From NCBI GenBank assembly GCA_963729605.1, contig CAVSNY010000007.1, positions 928,001 to 992,000 on the forward strand: a stretch of DNA of 64,000 nt, written 5' to 3'. Made by a program: the position numbers and the translations under genes. This document shows, piece by piece, positions 20,301 to 28,176 of this stretch (the stretch's first letter is position 1; every line of letters begins with the position of its first letter). Source of the DNA: an uncultured Gammaproteobacteria bacterium. GTDB lineage: Bacteria > Pseudomonadota > Gammaproteobacteria > DRLM01. The notes under the pieces were generated by a model that worked only from the letters and a program-made list of their open reading frames with translations, made no database searches and had not been told where the DNA came from.

Positions 20301-21042
20301 CACCGTCTGCATCACGCTGGTCTCCGGTCAGCAAGACGTGTCGTGGGATGCGGGTCTTTATCAATCCGCGCCGTCCATCACTTTGAAGAAATACGTGTCC
20401 GTATCGTCTGATTCTAAAGACAAGCGGATTTGGGAAGACGCTAACGTCCCGACTGGCCCCATTGCGTCCATATGCAGCGATGGCAGTAAATATTCGGATG
20501 GTTCTTACTGGGGTGGTTACAGCAAGAATTCGAACGATTCTTCCGGTTGGTCCTACTACAAGATGAGTGGTTCGTACGGCGGTGGTGGTTCGTACGGTGG
20601 CGGCGGTTCGTACGGCGGTGGCGGTTCGTACGGCGGTGGCGATTCCTATTCCGGCACCAAGTGTATTGACTATGTGCACTTTAAGTTCGTGGTGACCAAT
20701 ACGGGTGATGTCACCTTGACCAACTTGGTGTTGACGGATGTTTCGGTCAATCCGGCGGATAAGGTGGATGTAAGCTCTTGCGTGCTACCTAGCAGTTTGG
20801 CGCCGGGTGCCAGTTTCACCTGCGTGGTCAGCCCGGTGAAGGCCGTCACCGGTCAACATACCAATATCGGTAAGATAACCGCCCTGGGTGGTTCGACCAC
20901 CGTGCAGGCGACCGATCCCGCTAATTACTACGGTAAAAAGTGCACTTCCTGTAGCGGGGATACCAAGACCTACAGCGACAAGGACGGTAGTTACAAGAGC
21001 TGTGGTGGCGGTAGCCACAGTGGCGGATCAAAATACTACTAA
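17326..21042 (+). CDS. Large secreted protein: N-terminal passenger domain, six SdrD-B-like repeats, C-terminal Ig-like domain with Gly/Tyr/Ser insert
   Basis: RBS AAGGA, signal peptide ending AQA-D, six LGD[YF]VW.D.[ND].[ND]G repeats ending DAG[VLI], C-terminal FVVTNTGDVTLTN...LAPGASFTC...HTN. Confidence 0.9.
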   Translation: MNLKRLLRAGLMACGLGSLAIPAQADTIQFDPDGPGPRAVLTVEAFDLDPSNELWDQGRLAIGNGGGSFSNYIQTRLTSLIGVGGSSIPSLTSGLSLTHEVTLVMGFGNRVTGVGNLGTSTLVNLSFDNTVANNYVEFWQGSALDAIPLAGTGFNNGTRILRGTVISSLGFLQISNAAPVAFDQTGDGNQYPGQQTLQTIGNTSSFQIRVDSVDPLYFPDLNPGDIITVSNASQQLPFLSVNPSQRFVSLPGGAAPALIPALGTVNGQNGDDIQLQTDFNMTFTRQAQPAAALGDYVWEDKNGNGVQEVGEPGIDGVSAFLYTCGADGMVGTGDDVFVNSTSTDINGKYLFPNLLPGSYYVEFDKPLGFEFTLKDQGSDAADSDADPATGRSHCVTLAAGETNLTVDAGVYRPAALGDFVWNDLDRDGFQDVGEPGIPNVKVELLDCAGVLVPGVLPLFTDANGLYHFTNLAPGGYRVRFTGPVGYQFSPIDNVPGNDIADSDADSNGLTVACTVLQSGDDDRTIDAGLNQPATAQLGDYVWEDLDANGLQNDGNTGVPNVNVKLFVCGADPNGAPLASMLTDADGKYLFTNLDAGSYFVRFTAPAGYQFTTANVGGDDALDSDANPATGITSPCVILAAGGSNLTVDAGIYRKAALGDFVWNDLDRDGFQDAGEPGIPNVKVELLDCDGVLVPGVLPQFTNASGLYHFTNLLPGGYKVRFTAPAGYQFSPLDNVPGNDVADSDADSNGLTVACTVLQSGDDNLTIDAGLNQPATAQLGDYVWEDVDANGLQNDGSTGVPNVTANLYVCGSNPNGAPLASMVTDANGKYLFTNLEAGSYFVRFDLSTAAGGFQFTTANVGVNDALDSDANVLTGVTSPCVTLAAGESNLTVDAGVYRPASLGDFVWNDLNRNGAQNSGEPGVPNVTVRLLDCAGNVLDSTVTDANGIYGFTGLMPGQYMIQFVNPNPAVWTFSPKDAAANAIDSDADLVTGRTVCITLVSGQQDVSWDAGLYQSAPSITLKKYVSVSSDSKDKRIWEDANVPTGPIASICSDGSKYSDGSYWGGYSKNSNDSSGWSYYKMSGSYGGGGSYGGGGSYGGGGSYGGGDSYSGTKCIDYVHFKFVVTNTGDVTLTNLVLTDVSVNPADKVDVSSCVLPSSLAPGASFTCVVSPVKAVTGQHTNIGKITALGGSTTVQATDPANYYGKKCTSCSGDTKTYSDKDGSYKSCGGGSHSGGSKYY
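18202..20363 (+). repeat. Six intragenic SdrD-B repeats, including a 723-bp two-domain duplication
   Basis: Repeat starts at 18202, 18571, 18934, 19294, 19657 and 20026. Repeats 2/4 and 3/5 are each offset by 723 bp and are highly similar. Confidence 0.88.
20569..20640 (+). repeat. Four 18-bp tandem repeats encoding GSYGGG
   Basis: GGTTCGTACGGYGGYGGY x4 read directly from the sequence. Confidence 0.9.
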
Positions 21043-21095
21043 GAAGAGCTAAACCCCGCCGGACGGAGTCATTCTTCCGGCGGTATTCAAAATAG

Positions 21096-21132
21096 AACAG
21101 GCGGTGGCCTTCCCGGCACCGCCTGTTTTTTT
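21096..21132 (+). terminator. Rho-independent terminator after the SdrD-B gene
   Basis: AACAGGCGGTG-loop-CACCGCCTGTT followed by a T-run. Confidence 0.85.
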
Positions 21133-21515
21133 ATTTATAGGGTAGGCGAGTGCTACAGACTGACGGCGACGTGGCCTACGTTTGCCCCCAGTTCGGTCTC
21201 GTTAGCGCCCCCCTTGGCCGTCCCGGCGCCGGTATGACGAATAAAATCTCCTAATTTTGCCTTATCTTGAAGTTCTTTCCGCCGTTATGGTGGGAAGGGA
21301 AAGATGCACTACACTCAACATGCCTGGAAAGGGTCTTCATGCGTGGCCAAGGCGGCAAGTTTTGCTTGGGCCTCGCCGGGACCGGCGTTAAGCGGATGAC
21401 ATGTTTTTTCGGATATCAGCCGAAAAGGCGCTGATGTAAAGTTTTACAGCAAGCAAGGACGGGCTCGAAATGCATGAGTTAATTCCAATCACCGCAAGCG
21501 TGGAGAGACCGGACC

Positions 21516-22739
21516 ATGCCTGATGTGTTATTGGCCTTGCGCTCCTTGTTGCGCCAGCCGCGCCGCACGGCCATCGCCTTGTTCGCGATCGGCTTCGGGG
21601 TGGTCTCTTTGCTGTTGGCCGGCGGGTTCATGGAATGGATCTTCTGGGCGATGCGCGAATCCACCATCCAATCCCAACTCGGCCATGTCCAGGTGGTCCG
21701 GCCCGGTTACCTCGAGCAAGGGGCGGCCGATCCTTATCGTTATTTCATGGCCGAGGACGCCTCGCAGCGGACCTACCTGGAAAAACTCGACCACAGCCGC
21801 GAGGTGGTGCCGCGCATCAATTTCAACGGTTTGATCAGCCACGGCGATGCCACCGTGTCCTTCATCGGCCAAGGCGTGGACCCGGCCCGGGAGACGGTCT
21901 TCAGTCGCGATCTGGTGATACTCGAAGGCACGGCGCTGGCGGTGGGTGACGGACAAGGTTTGTTATTGGGCGAGGGTTTGGCCGCGAATTTAGGCGCCAA
22001 GCCCGGCGATACGGTGGTGTTATTGGCCACCACGCCTTCCGGCGGCATCAACGCGGTGGAAGGCGTCGTGCGCGGCCTGTTCTTCACCTCCAATAAGGAA
22101 TTCGACGACGCGGCCTTGCGCCTGCCCTTGAGCTTGGCGCAACAGTTGTTAAAAACGCAGGGCGTACACCGTTGGCTGCTGTTGCTCGACGATACCGCTT
22201 ACACCGATACCGCGGTGGCGAAGATCAAAATGCATTTCGCGGCGGAGGGCGCCGAGCTTGAGGTGGTGCCCTGGTATCGTCTCGCGGATTTTTACAACAA
22301 GACCGTGGCCTTGTTCGGACGGCAGCTGAGCGTGGTGGCCGGCATCATCGGCCTCATCATCGTCCTGAGTATTTCCAACACCATGATCATGAGCGTGATG
22401 GAACGGACCCGCGAGATCGGCACCCTGCTGGCATTGGGTAACCGGCGGCGGCAGGTGCTGGGGCTGTACGTGAGCGAGGGCTTGTGGCTGGGCATCATCG
22501 GCGGCCTGGGGGGGGTGGCGATCGGCGTGGTGCTGGCCCAGCTGATTTCGGCGGTGGGCATTCCCATGCCGCCGCCGCCCGGCATGAAACGCGGGTACAA
22601 CGGCGAGATCATGCTGACCTGGTCCTTGGTCGCGTGGACTTGGCTGCTGGCGGTGGCGAGCACGGTGCTGGCCAGCCTCTATCCGGCGTGGAAGGCCTCG
22701 CGGCTGGTCATCGTCGATGCGCTGCGTCATGGGCGCTGA
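21516..22739 (+). CDS. ABC transporter permease, FtsX/LolC-E/MacB type (copy 1)
   Basis: LALRSLLRQPRRT, large periplasmic loop, ISNTMIMSVMERTREIGTLLALG, SLYPAWKASRL.IVDALR. Confidence 0.9.
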   Translation: MPDVLLALRSLLRQPRRTAIALFAIGFGVVSLLLAGGFMEWIFWAMRESTIQSQLGHVQVVRPGYLEQGAADPYRYFMAEDASQRTYLEKLDHSREVVPRINFNGLISHGDATVSFIGQGVDPARETVFSRDLVILEGTALAVGDGQGLLLGEGLAANLGAKPGDTVVLLATTPSGGINAVEGVVRGLFFTSNKEFDDAALRLPLSLAQQLLKTQGVHRWLLLLDDTAYTDTAVAKIKMHFAAEGAELEVVPWYRLADFYNKTVALFGRQLSVVAGIIGLIIVLSISNTMIMSVMERTREIGTLLALGNRRRQVLGLYVSEGLWLGIIGGLGGVAIGVVLAQLISAVGIPMPPPPGMKRGYNGEIMLTWSLVAWTWLLAVASTVLASLYPAWKASRLVIVDALRHGR

Positions 22740-22813
22740 AAACCGCGCTGATGACTCCCAGCGCGAAGGGCTCCGTACCGCGTCGGCTGAGGCCGCGAAC
22801 CGCTTCGAAGCAG

Positions 22814-22860
22814 AACCACCCCGTCCGCTTCGCGTCCACCCCTCCTTGGCAAGGAGGGGA
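22814..22860 (+). repeat. REP-like palindromic repeat
   Basis: AACCACCCCGTCCGCTTCGCGTCCACCCCTCCTTGGCAAGGAGGGGA, nearly identical to 28045-28091. Confidence 0.8.
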
Positions 22861-23054
22861 AATAAATGGTGCGCTGTATCCGCGGGCATGCGCGTGAGTA
22901 AGGAGGGAAAATAGAGGTTGCGCTGCATCCCACCGGCATGCGCGTGAGCGATGATGCGTAATCGTCGGGCACGACTGGTCGGAATACATCCCGCCGGCAT
23001 CTGCGTGAGCGATGAGCCGCCCCGCTTGGGGAAGGAGGGGGCAGAGGTTGCTCT
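22851..23054 (+). repeat. Degenerate ~49-bp tandem repeats in the intergenic region
   Basis: AAGGAGGG..AT...G.TGCGCTG.ATCC...GGCATGCGCGTGAG at 22851 and 22900, with partial copies at 22987 and 23032. Confidence 0.65.
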
Positions 23055-23221
23055 CTGTGGATTCGTGGAGATAAAGGTGTTTTTCCCTCACCCAGGAGGA
23101 GAGGTAGAAAACAGAACCGTATGCATACAACGCGGATACGTTTTTCCCTCGTCCATGGGGAGAGGTGCCCCGCCGGGGCGGTGAGGAGGATTTTATTGTC
23201 ATCTGATCTACGAAGGGGTGG

Positions 23222-24439
23222 ATGCGAATGTTGAACTTCGCCTTGCGCAATCTATTCCGCCATAAGGGCCGCACCGCGCTGAGTCTGGCGGCGGTGGTAT
23301 TCGGCGTGGTGAGCGTGATTCTCAGCGGCGGTTTTATCGAAGACGTGTTCTTTCAGTTGCGGGAAAACACCATTCACTCCCGGCTGGGGCATCTGCAAAT
23401 CTACAGCGCCGGTTATTACGAATTCGGCCGCCGCGAACCGTTCGACCACATGATCGAGCAGCCGGCGCAGCGGGCCGCGGAGCTGGAAAAACAACCGCAC
23501 GTGGCGGCGGTGATGCAACGGCTGCAATTCTCCGGTTTGCTGAACAACGGCCGGCGCGGCGAGGCGCCGGTATTGGCCGAGGGCGTGGAACCGGATAAAG
23601 AGGCCCGTTTGGGCAGCGCGGTGACCCTGATCGCCGGCCGGGGTTTGCGCAACGACGATGAGTTCGGCGTATTGATCGGCGAGGGGGTGGCGCGCGCCCT
23701 GCACTTGAAGCCCGGCGACAACACGACGTTGCTGGTCACCACGCCGGAGGGCGCGTTCAACACCCTGGATTTCGAAGTGGTCGGCGTATTCCGTACCATG
23801 TCGCAGGAGTACGACGCGCGCGCGGTGCGGGTGTCGTTGCCGGCGGCGCAGGATCTGCTCGGTATCGATATGGTGCACAGCCTGGTGGTGTTGCTGGATG
23901 ACACAGCATACACCGATGCGGTGTTGGCCGCGTTGAAAACGCGGCTGCCGTCCGGCTTCGAAGTGAAGCCCTGGTACGAACTCGCCGAGTTTTATCAAAA
24001 CGCGGTGGCGCTGTACCGCCGCCAATTCGCGGTGTTGCAAATCATCGTGGTGGTGCTGGTGTTATTGAGCGTGGCCAATAGCGTCAATATGGTGGTGCAT
24101 GAACGCACCGGCGAATACGGCACTTTGCGCGCCTTGGGCGATCGGCGCGGCGATGTGTTTCGTCTGATCGTGATCGAGAATGCCCTGCTGGGTCTGACGG
24201 GTGGTGTGGTCGGCGTCGTGTTGGGCAGCGGCTTGGCGCTGGCGATTTCCAGCGTCGGCATCGCCATGCCGCCGCCGCCCGGTATGAACGGCGGTTATCT
24301 CGCCGAGATCCGCGTGGTGCCGGCGGTGTTGGCCGCGGCGTTCGCGCTGGGCGTGGCGGCGACGGTGCTCGCCGCGCTGCGGCCCGCTTGGCGCGCGACG
24401 CGCGCGCCGATCAGCGAGGCCTTGCAGCAGAATATTTAG
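23222..24439 (+). CDS. ABC transporter permease, FtsX/LolC-E/MacB type (copy 2)
   Basis: FALRNLFRHKGRT, VANSVNMVVHERTGEYGTLRALG, MPPPPG; paralog of 21516. Confidence 0.9.
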   Translation: MRMLNFALRNLFRHKGRTALSLAAVVFGVVSVILSGGFIEDVFFQLRENTIHSRLGHLQIYSAGYYEFGRREPFDHMIEQPAQRAAELEKQPHVAAVMQRLQFSGLLNNGRRGEAPVLAEGVEPDKEARLGSAVTLIAGRGLRNDDEFGVLIGEGVARALHLKPGDNTTLLVTTPEGAFNTLDFEVVGVFRTMSQEYDARAVRVSLPAAQDLLGIDMVHSLVVLLDDTAYTDAVLAALKTRLPSGFEVKPWYELAEFYQNAVALYRRQFAVLQIIVVVLVLLSVANSVNMVVHERTGEYGTLRALGDRRGDVFRLIVIENALLGLTGGVVGVVLGSGLALAISSVGIAMPPPPGMNGGYLAEIRVVPAVLAAAFALGVAATVLAALRPAWRATRAPISEALQQNI

Positions 24440-24526
24440 GAGAGTCCTGAAAATCCATCGCGGCGTTTTTCAAGATTCCAATGAACGGCGATTTCATTTT
24501 TTCATCCGCCGATTGCCCCTGATGGC

Positions 24527-24572
24527 GCGCATCTCCGCATGCAGCGTAGCGCCACTGCAAGCGCGGATGCGC
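24527..24572. terminator. Imperfect hairpin between convergent genes (possible bidirectional terminator)
   Basis: GCGCATC..CGC.TGCAG...CTGCA.GCG..GATGCGC. Confidence 0.35.
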
Positions 24573-24585
24573 AAACCGCCGAAAC

Positions 24586-25395
24586 CTATTGCAGTTTCTT
24601 GAGGTAATCCTTGGTGAACATTTTGTCCGGCAAATCTTTGAGCGCCATGTCGCTGTAGTCCAGCGTGGATTTATTGCCCTGGTTTAAATTGTCGATCATC
24701 ACCAGCCGGGTCGGGCGTTGTTCGCCTTGCATCAGGGCGAAGTTTTGATAGAAGCAGGTTTTCATCAGCCGGTTGGAGCGGGTGTAAAACTCGGCTTTAT
24801 AGGGGCGGTTATCGGTTTGATTGACCCAGTACAACACGCGATCGTAAGTCACGCCGCGATCGACCGCGGTGAGTTCCAGCACCCAATACCAGGCGCCGTC
24901 GATGATTTCCTTGCGCAGGATTTTCGGATGGTAATCGCCGGCGAAGTTGGCCCGCGCCAGATCGCCGTTGGCCACCTGGCCGGTGAGCCGTTGCGCCAGC
25001 GGCAGGCGGATGGGTTGCGAGACGCTGGGCATGAAGGCCCACAGGTCGCGCCCCTTGAGCAGCAGGATGTGGCCGCGTTCGGTGGGCGGTTCGGTGGTGA
25101 TCACCAAGGTGTCTTCGTTGCCCTTGGACAGAATGCGGAATTTGCGCGATTCGGACGTGCCGTCGGCACCGCTGTTGTTGATGGTGACGTCCACTTGAAA
25201 GCTGGCGGCGGGGAAACGGATGCGGTCGGTCCGCTCGACGATTTGCCGGGGATCCTCGTCGCCGTTTTCCGCGCGCAACGCCGGCGCGGCGCCAAGGGCG
25301 CCGGCGGCGGCGATGCACAGGAACAATGAATTGATGACGCGCCGGGTCGGTGTGGCGAATCCGCCCGTGGCGGAACGGTGTTTCCCTGAAGTCAT
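24586..25395 (-). CDS. Outer-membrane lipoprotein-sorting protein (LolA-like periplasmic protein)
   Basis: Signal peptide, EPPTERGHILL, LWAFMPSVSQPIR, RLTGQVANGDL, RPTRLVMID, LPDKMFTKDYL. Confidence 0.82.
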   Translation of the reverse strand: MTSGKHRSATGGFATPTRRVINSLFLCIAAAGALGAAPALRAENGDEDPRQIVERTDRIRFPAASFQVDVTINNSGADGTSESRKFRILSKGNEDTLVITTEPPTERGHILLLKGRDLWAFMPSVSQPIRLPLAQRLTGQVANGDLARANFAGDYHPKILRKEIIDGAWYWVLELTAVDRGVTYDRVLYWVNQTDNRPYKAEFYTRSNRLMKTCFYQNFALMQGEQRPTRLVMIDNLNQGNKSTLDYSDMALKDLPDKMFTKDYLKKLQ

Positions 25396-25472
25396 GTCGC
25401 GGTGCCTCCTTTATGCTGGTTTTCACTGCCATGGCCATTCATAATGCGGGCGTGCTGCACGGAATGGTTGCT

Positions 25473-26147
25473 ATGAACGTAGTGCGTGTCGAAAATCTCC
25501 ATAAGGAATATCAATTGGGCCAGCAGCAGGTGCAGGCCCTCAAAAATATCAGCTTAACCGTGCGCGCCGGTGAATTCCTGGCCATCGCCGGCCCGTCGGG
25601 CAGCGGCAAATCCACGCTCCTGAATATTATCGGCTGCATCGATACACCCAGTAGCGGCCGCTTATGGATCGATGATGAGGACGTCAGCGGCCGCAGCCCC
25701 GACCAATTGGCGGACCTGCGCGCCCGCAGCATCGGTTTTATCTTCCAGACCTTCAACCTGCTGCCGGTGCTGTCGGCGGCGGAGAACGTGGAATACCCCT
25801 TGCGCCATTTCAAGGAACTGGACAAGGCCGCGCGCCGCGCGCGGGTGGGCCATTACCTGGAGGTGGTGGGGCTGGCTGCGTACGCCCATCACCGGCCCAA
25901 CCAGCTGAGCGGCGGCCAGCGCCAGCGGGTGGCCATCGCCCGCGCCCTGGCGACCCAGCCGCGCATGGTACTCGCCGACGAGCCGACCGCCAACCTCGAT
26001 CACAAGACCGGCGAAGGCATACTGGCCTTGATGAAGGAGATTAACCGCGGCGCCGGCACCACCTTCATTTTTTCCACCCACGATCCCAAGGTGATCGCCT
26101 TGGCGGATCGGGTGGTCGAGATCAGCGACGGTGAACTGCTTGCTTAG
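25473..26147 (+). CDS. ABC transporter ATP-binding protein (LolD/MacB-like)
   Basis: [48 protein letters not shown]. Confidence 0.93.
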   Translation: MNVVRVENLHKEYQLGQQQVQALKNISLTVRAGEFLAIAGPSGSGKSTLLNIIGCIDTPSSGRLWIDDEDVSGRSPDQLADLRARSIGFIFQTFNLLPVLSAAENVEYPLRHFKELDKAARRARVGHYLEVVGLAAYAHHRPNQLSGGQRQRVAIARALATQPRMVLADEPTANLDHKTGEGILALMKEINRGAGTTFIFSTHDPKVIALADRVVEISDGELLA

Positions 26148-26148
26148 T

Positions 26149-27888
26149 ATGCGCCTGGTTTTATCGCTGGCGGCGTTGTTGCTGTGGGTCGCGGCGTCTT
26201 CCGCGCGCGCCGATTATGTGGTGCAGGTCGGCGTGTTCGAGAAGCCGCGTTTTGCCGGCGAGATCGCCCGCCGCCTGCATCTGGCGGGGTTGACGGTGAA
26301 GGCCCAACCCATCATCGACGTGCCCGGCGGTCTGATGGTGCGGCTGATGGTCGGACCGTATGTCACCCGCCGCGAGGCGGAAGACGCCTTGGCCCGCGTC
26401 AAGACCTTGGGTCAGGAAGGGTTCATCCGCAAATATGTCGAAGGGCCGGACGTGAAGCGGCCGGGGCCGCCGAGTTCCGTCCGCGCGCCTAGAGACACTC
26501 CGGCCGCGCCGCCGCCGGCCAAGGAACCGCCCATCGCCCTGGAGCGATTGCATACCGAGCCGCCGCCCCCGCCGGAATTGACCGAACAGCAGATCGAGGA
26601 ATTGCTGGCCCTGGCCCCGCCGGACATCCCCGGGCCGGCGGAAGATTTATTCGGCTTGGGCGAATTGCCGGTGGCGCGGCCGCCGCGCCTCATCGGCTTC
26701 TTCCAAAGCGAATTGGCCTATGCCTGGCCGGAACCGGCGCATCTGTCGAAATTTCGCCAAACCTTGGAGCTCTCCACTCAAGGGCGGTGGGGGGAATGGG
26801 CGAAATGGAAATTGAGCGGCCGCGCCGCCTATGACGCGGTATTCGATATCGATGATTTTTATTTACCCGCCGTGGAGGACGATCAGCGTCTGCAGGCCGA
26901 CGTGCGCGAGACCTACGTGGACTTCAGCCTCGGCGATTGGGATTTCCGTGTCGGCCGCCAACACATCATCTGGGGTGAGATGGTCGGCCTGTTCTTCGCC
27001 GACGTGGTGTCGGCCAAGGACCTGCGGGAATTCGTCTTGCCGGAATTCGAGATCCTGCGCATTCCGCAATGGGCGCTGCGCAGCGAATATTTCAGCGGCG
27101 ATTTTCACGGCGAAGCGGTGTGGATACCCTATCCCAGCTACGACGACATCGGTGTGCCCGGCGCGGAATTTTATCCCTATCCCTCTCCGCCGCCGCCCGG
27201 TTACGGCATCGCCTTTCAAGACGAGGAAAAACCGGCGGGGGAGTTGCGCCATTCCGGCTACGGCCTGCGGCTGTCGTATATTCAATCCGGCTGGGATTTG
27301 TCCGGGTTTTACTACAACAGCATGGACACCACCGCGACATTTTTCCGCGACGTGATTACCACGCCCGCGCCGACCGTGGTATTCCGGCCCACCCACGAGC
27401 GCATTCAGCAATACGGCGCCACCTTGTCCAAGGATTTTCTAAGCATGGTGTTCAAGGCGGAGGTGATTTATACCCAGGACCGCTGGTTTGAAGTGACGCG
27501 GCTGAGTGACGCCGACGGCGCGGTGCAGCAGGATCTCTTGGATTACGTGGTGGGATTGGAATATCCGTTGCCGGCCCGTTCGCGGCTCAATCTGCAATTC
27601 TTCCAGCGCTGGTATCCCGATCACGACCCGGACATGACCGCGGAAGAACTGGAGACCGGCGCCAGCGTGTATTTCAGCACCCATTGGCGCTCGCTGGAAC
27701 CGCAGTTGCTGGTGGTGGGCAGTTTGAACCGCGGCGATTGGTTGGCGCGGCCCAAGATCGTGTGGGACATGGGCCGGCAATGGCGCTGGGTGAACGGCGT
27801 CGATATCTTCGGCGGCAACCGCAGCGGTTTATTCGGCCGTTACGACCATCTCGACCGGGTGTATAGCGAGATACGTTATACGTTTTAA
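26149..27888 (+). CDS. SPOR-domain + Pro-rich linker + DUF1302-like outer-membrane beta-barrel
   Basis: Signal peptide, YVVQVGVF...RLMVGPYVTRREAE (SPOR), Pro-rich linker, VRETYVDF...RVGRQHIIWG, C-terminal beta-signal EIRYTF. Confidence 0.78.
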   Translation: MRLVLSLAALLLWVAASSARADYVVQVGVFEKPRFAGEIARRLHLAGLTVKAQPIIDVPGGLMVRLMVGPYVTRREAEDALARVKTLGQEGFIRKYVEGPDVKRPGPPSSVRAPRDTPAAPPPAKEPPIALERLHTEPPPPPELTEQQIEELLALAPPDIPGPAEDLFGLGELPVARPPRLIGFFQSELAYAWPEPAHLSKFRQTLELSTQGRWGEWAKWKLSGRAAYDAVFDIDDFYLPAVEDDQRLQADVRETYVDFSLGDWDFRVGRQHIIWGEMVGLFFADVVSAKDLREFVLPEFEILRIPQWALRSEYFSGDFHGEAVWIPYPSYDDIGVPGAEFYPYPSPPPPGYGIAFQDEEKPAGELRHSGYGLRLSYIQSGWDLSGFYYNSMDTTATFFRDVITTPAPTVVFRPTHERIQQYGATLSKDFLSMVFKAEVIYTQDRWFEVTRLSDADGAVQQDLLDYVVGLEYPLPARSRLNLQFFQRWYPDHDPDMTAEELETGASVYFSTHWRSLEPQLLVVGSLNRGDWLARPKIVWDMGRQWRWVNGVDIFGGNRSGLFGRYDHLDRVYSEIRYTF

Positions 27889-28044
27889 TTAAACATGCGG
27901 ATTGATTTCCGTTGGATCGCCAAGACGCCACGTTCACCAAGAAGTTTTATTGAACCGGCCCCATGAGAGCCGCGTTGATAAAGCCTCACGCGACAGGCCA
28001 GACGAACCCGTCGGCTTGGGTCGCAAACCCTCCTTGAAAAGCGG

Positions 28045-28091
28045 AACCACCCCGTCCGCTACGCGTCCACCCCTCCTTGGAAAGGAGGGGA
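28045..28091 (+). repeat. REP-like palindromic repeat
   Basis: AACCACCCCGTCCGCTACGCGTCCACCCCTCCTTGGAAAGGAGGGGA; same family as 22814 and 12446. Confidence 0.8.
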
Positions 28092-28176
28092 GATAGATAG
28101 ATGTTTCTTCCCTCCTCCATGCACGTGACAGGTTAAAACGTCATCTGGCCGGATCAATATTACCCAGTTATTTTTT

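Noticed and set aside
21351-21366. Possible sigma-54 site upstream of the permease
   Set aside because: GG-to-GC spacing is 8 or 11 nt rather than the required 10.
22851-23054. Possible mini CRISPR array
   Set aside because: The units are degenerate and adjacent, with no regular unique spacers, and there are no cas genes.
21516-26147. Housekeeping lolCDE/lolA
   Set aside because: The gene order, the LolA-like family motifs and the associated barrel differ from canonical lolC-lolD-lolE, so it is treated as a paralogous system.
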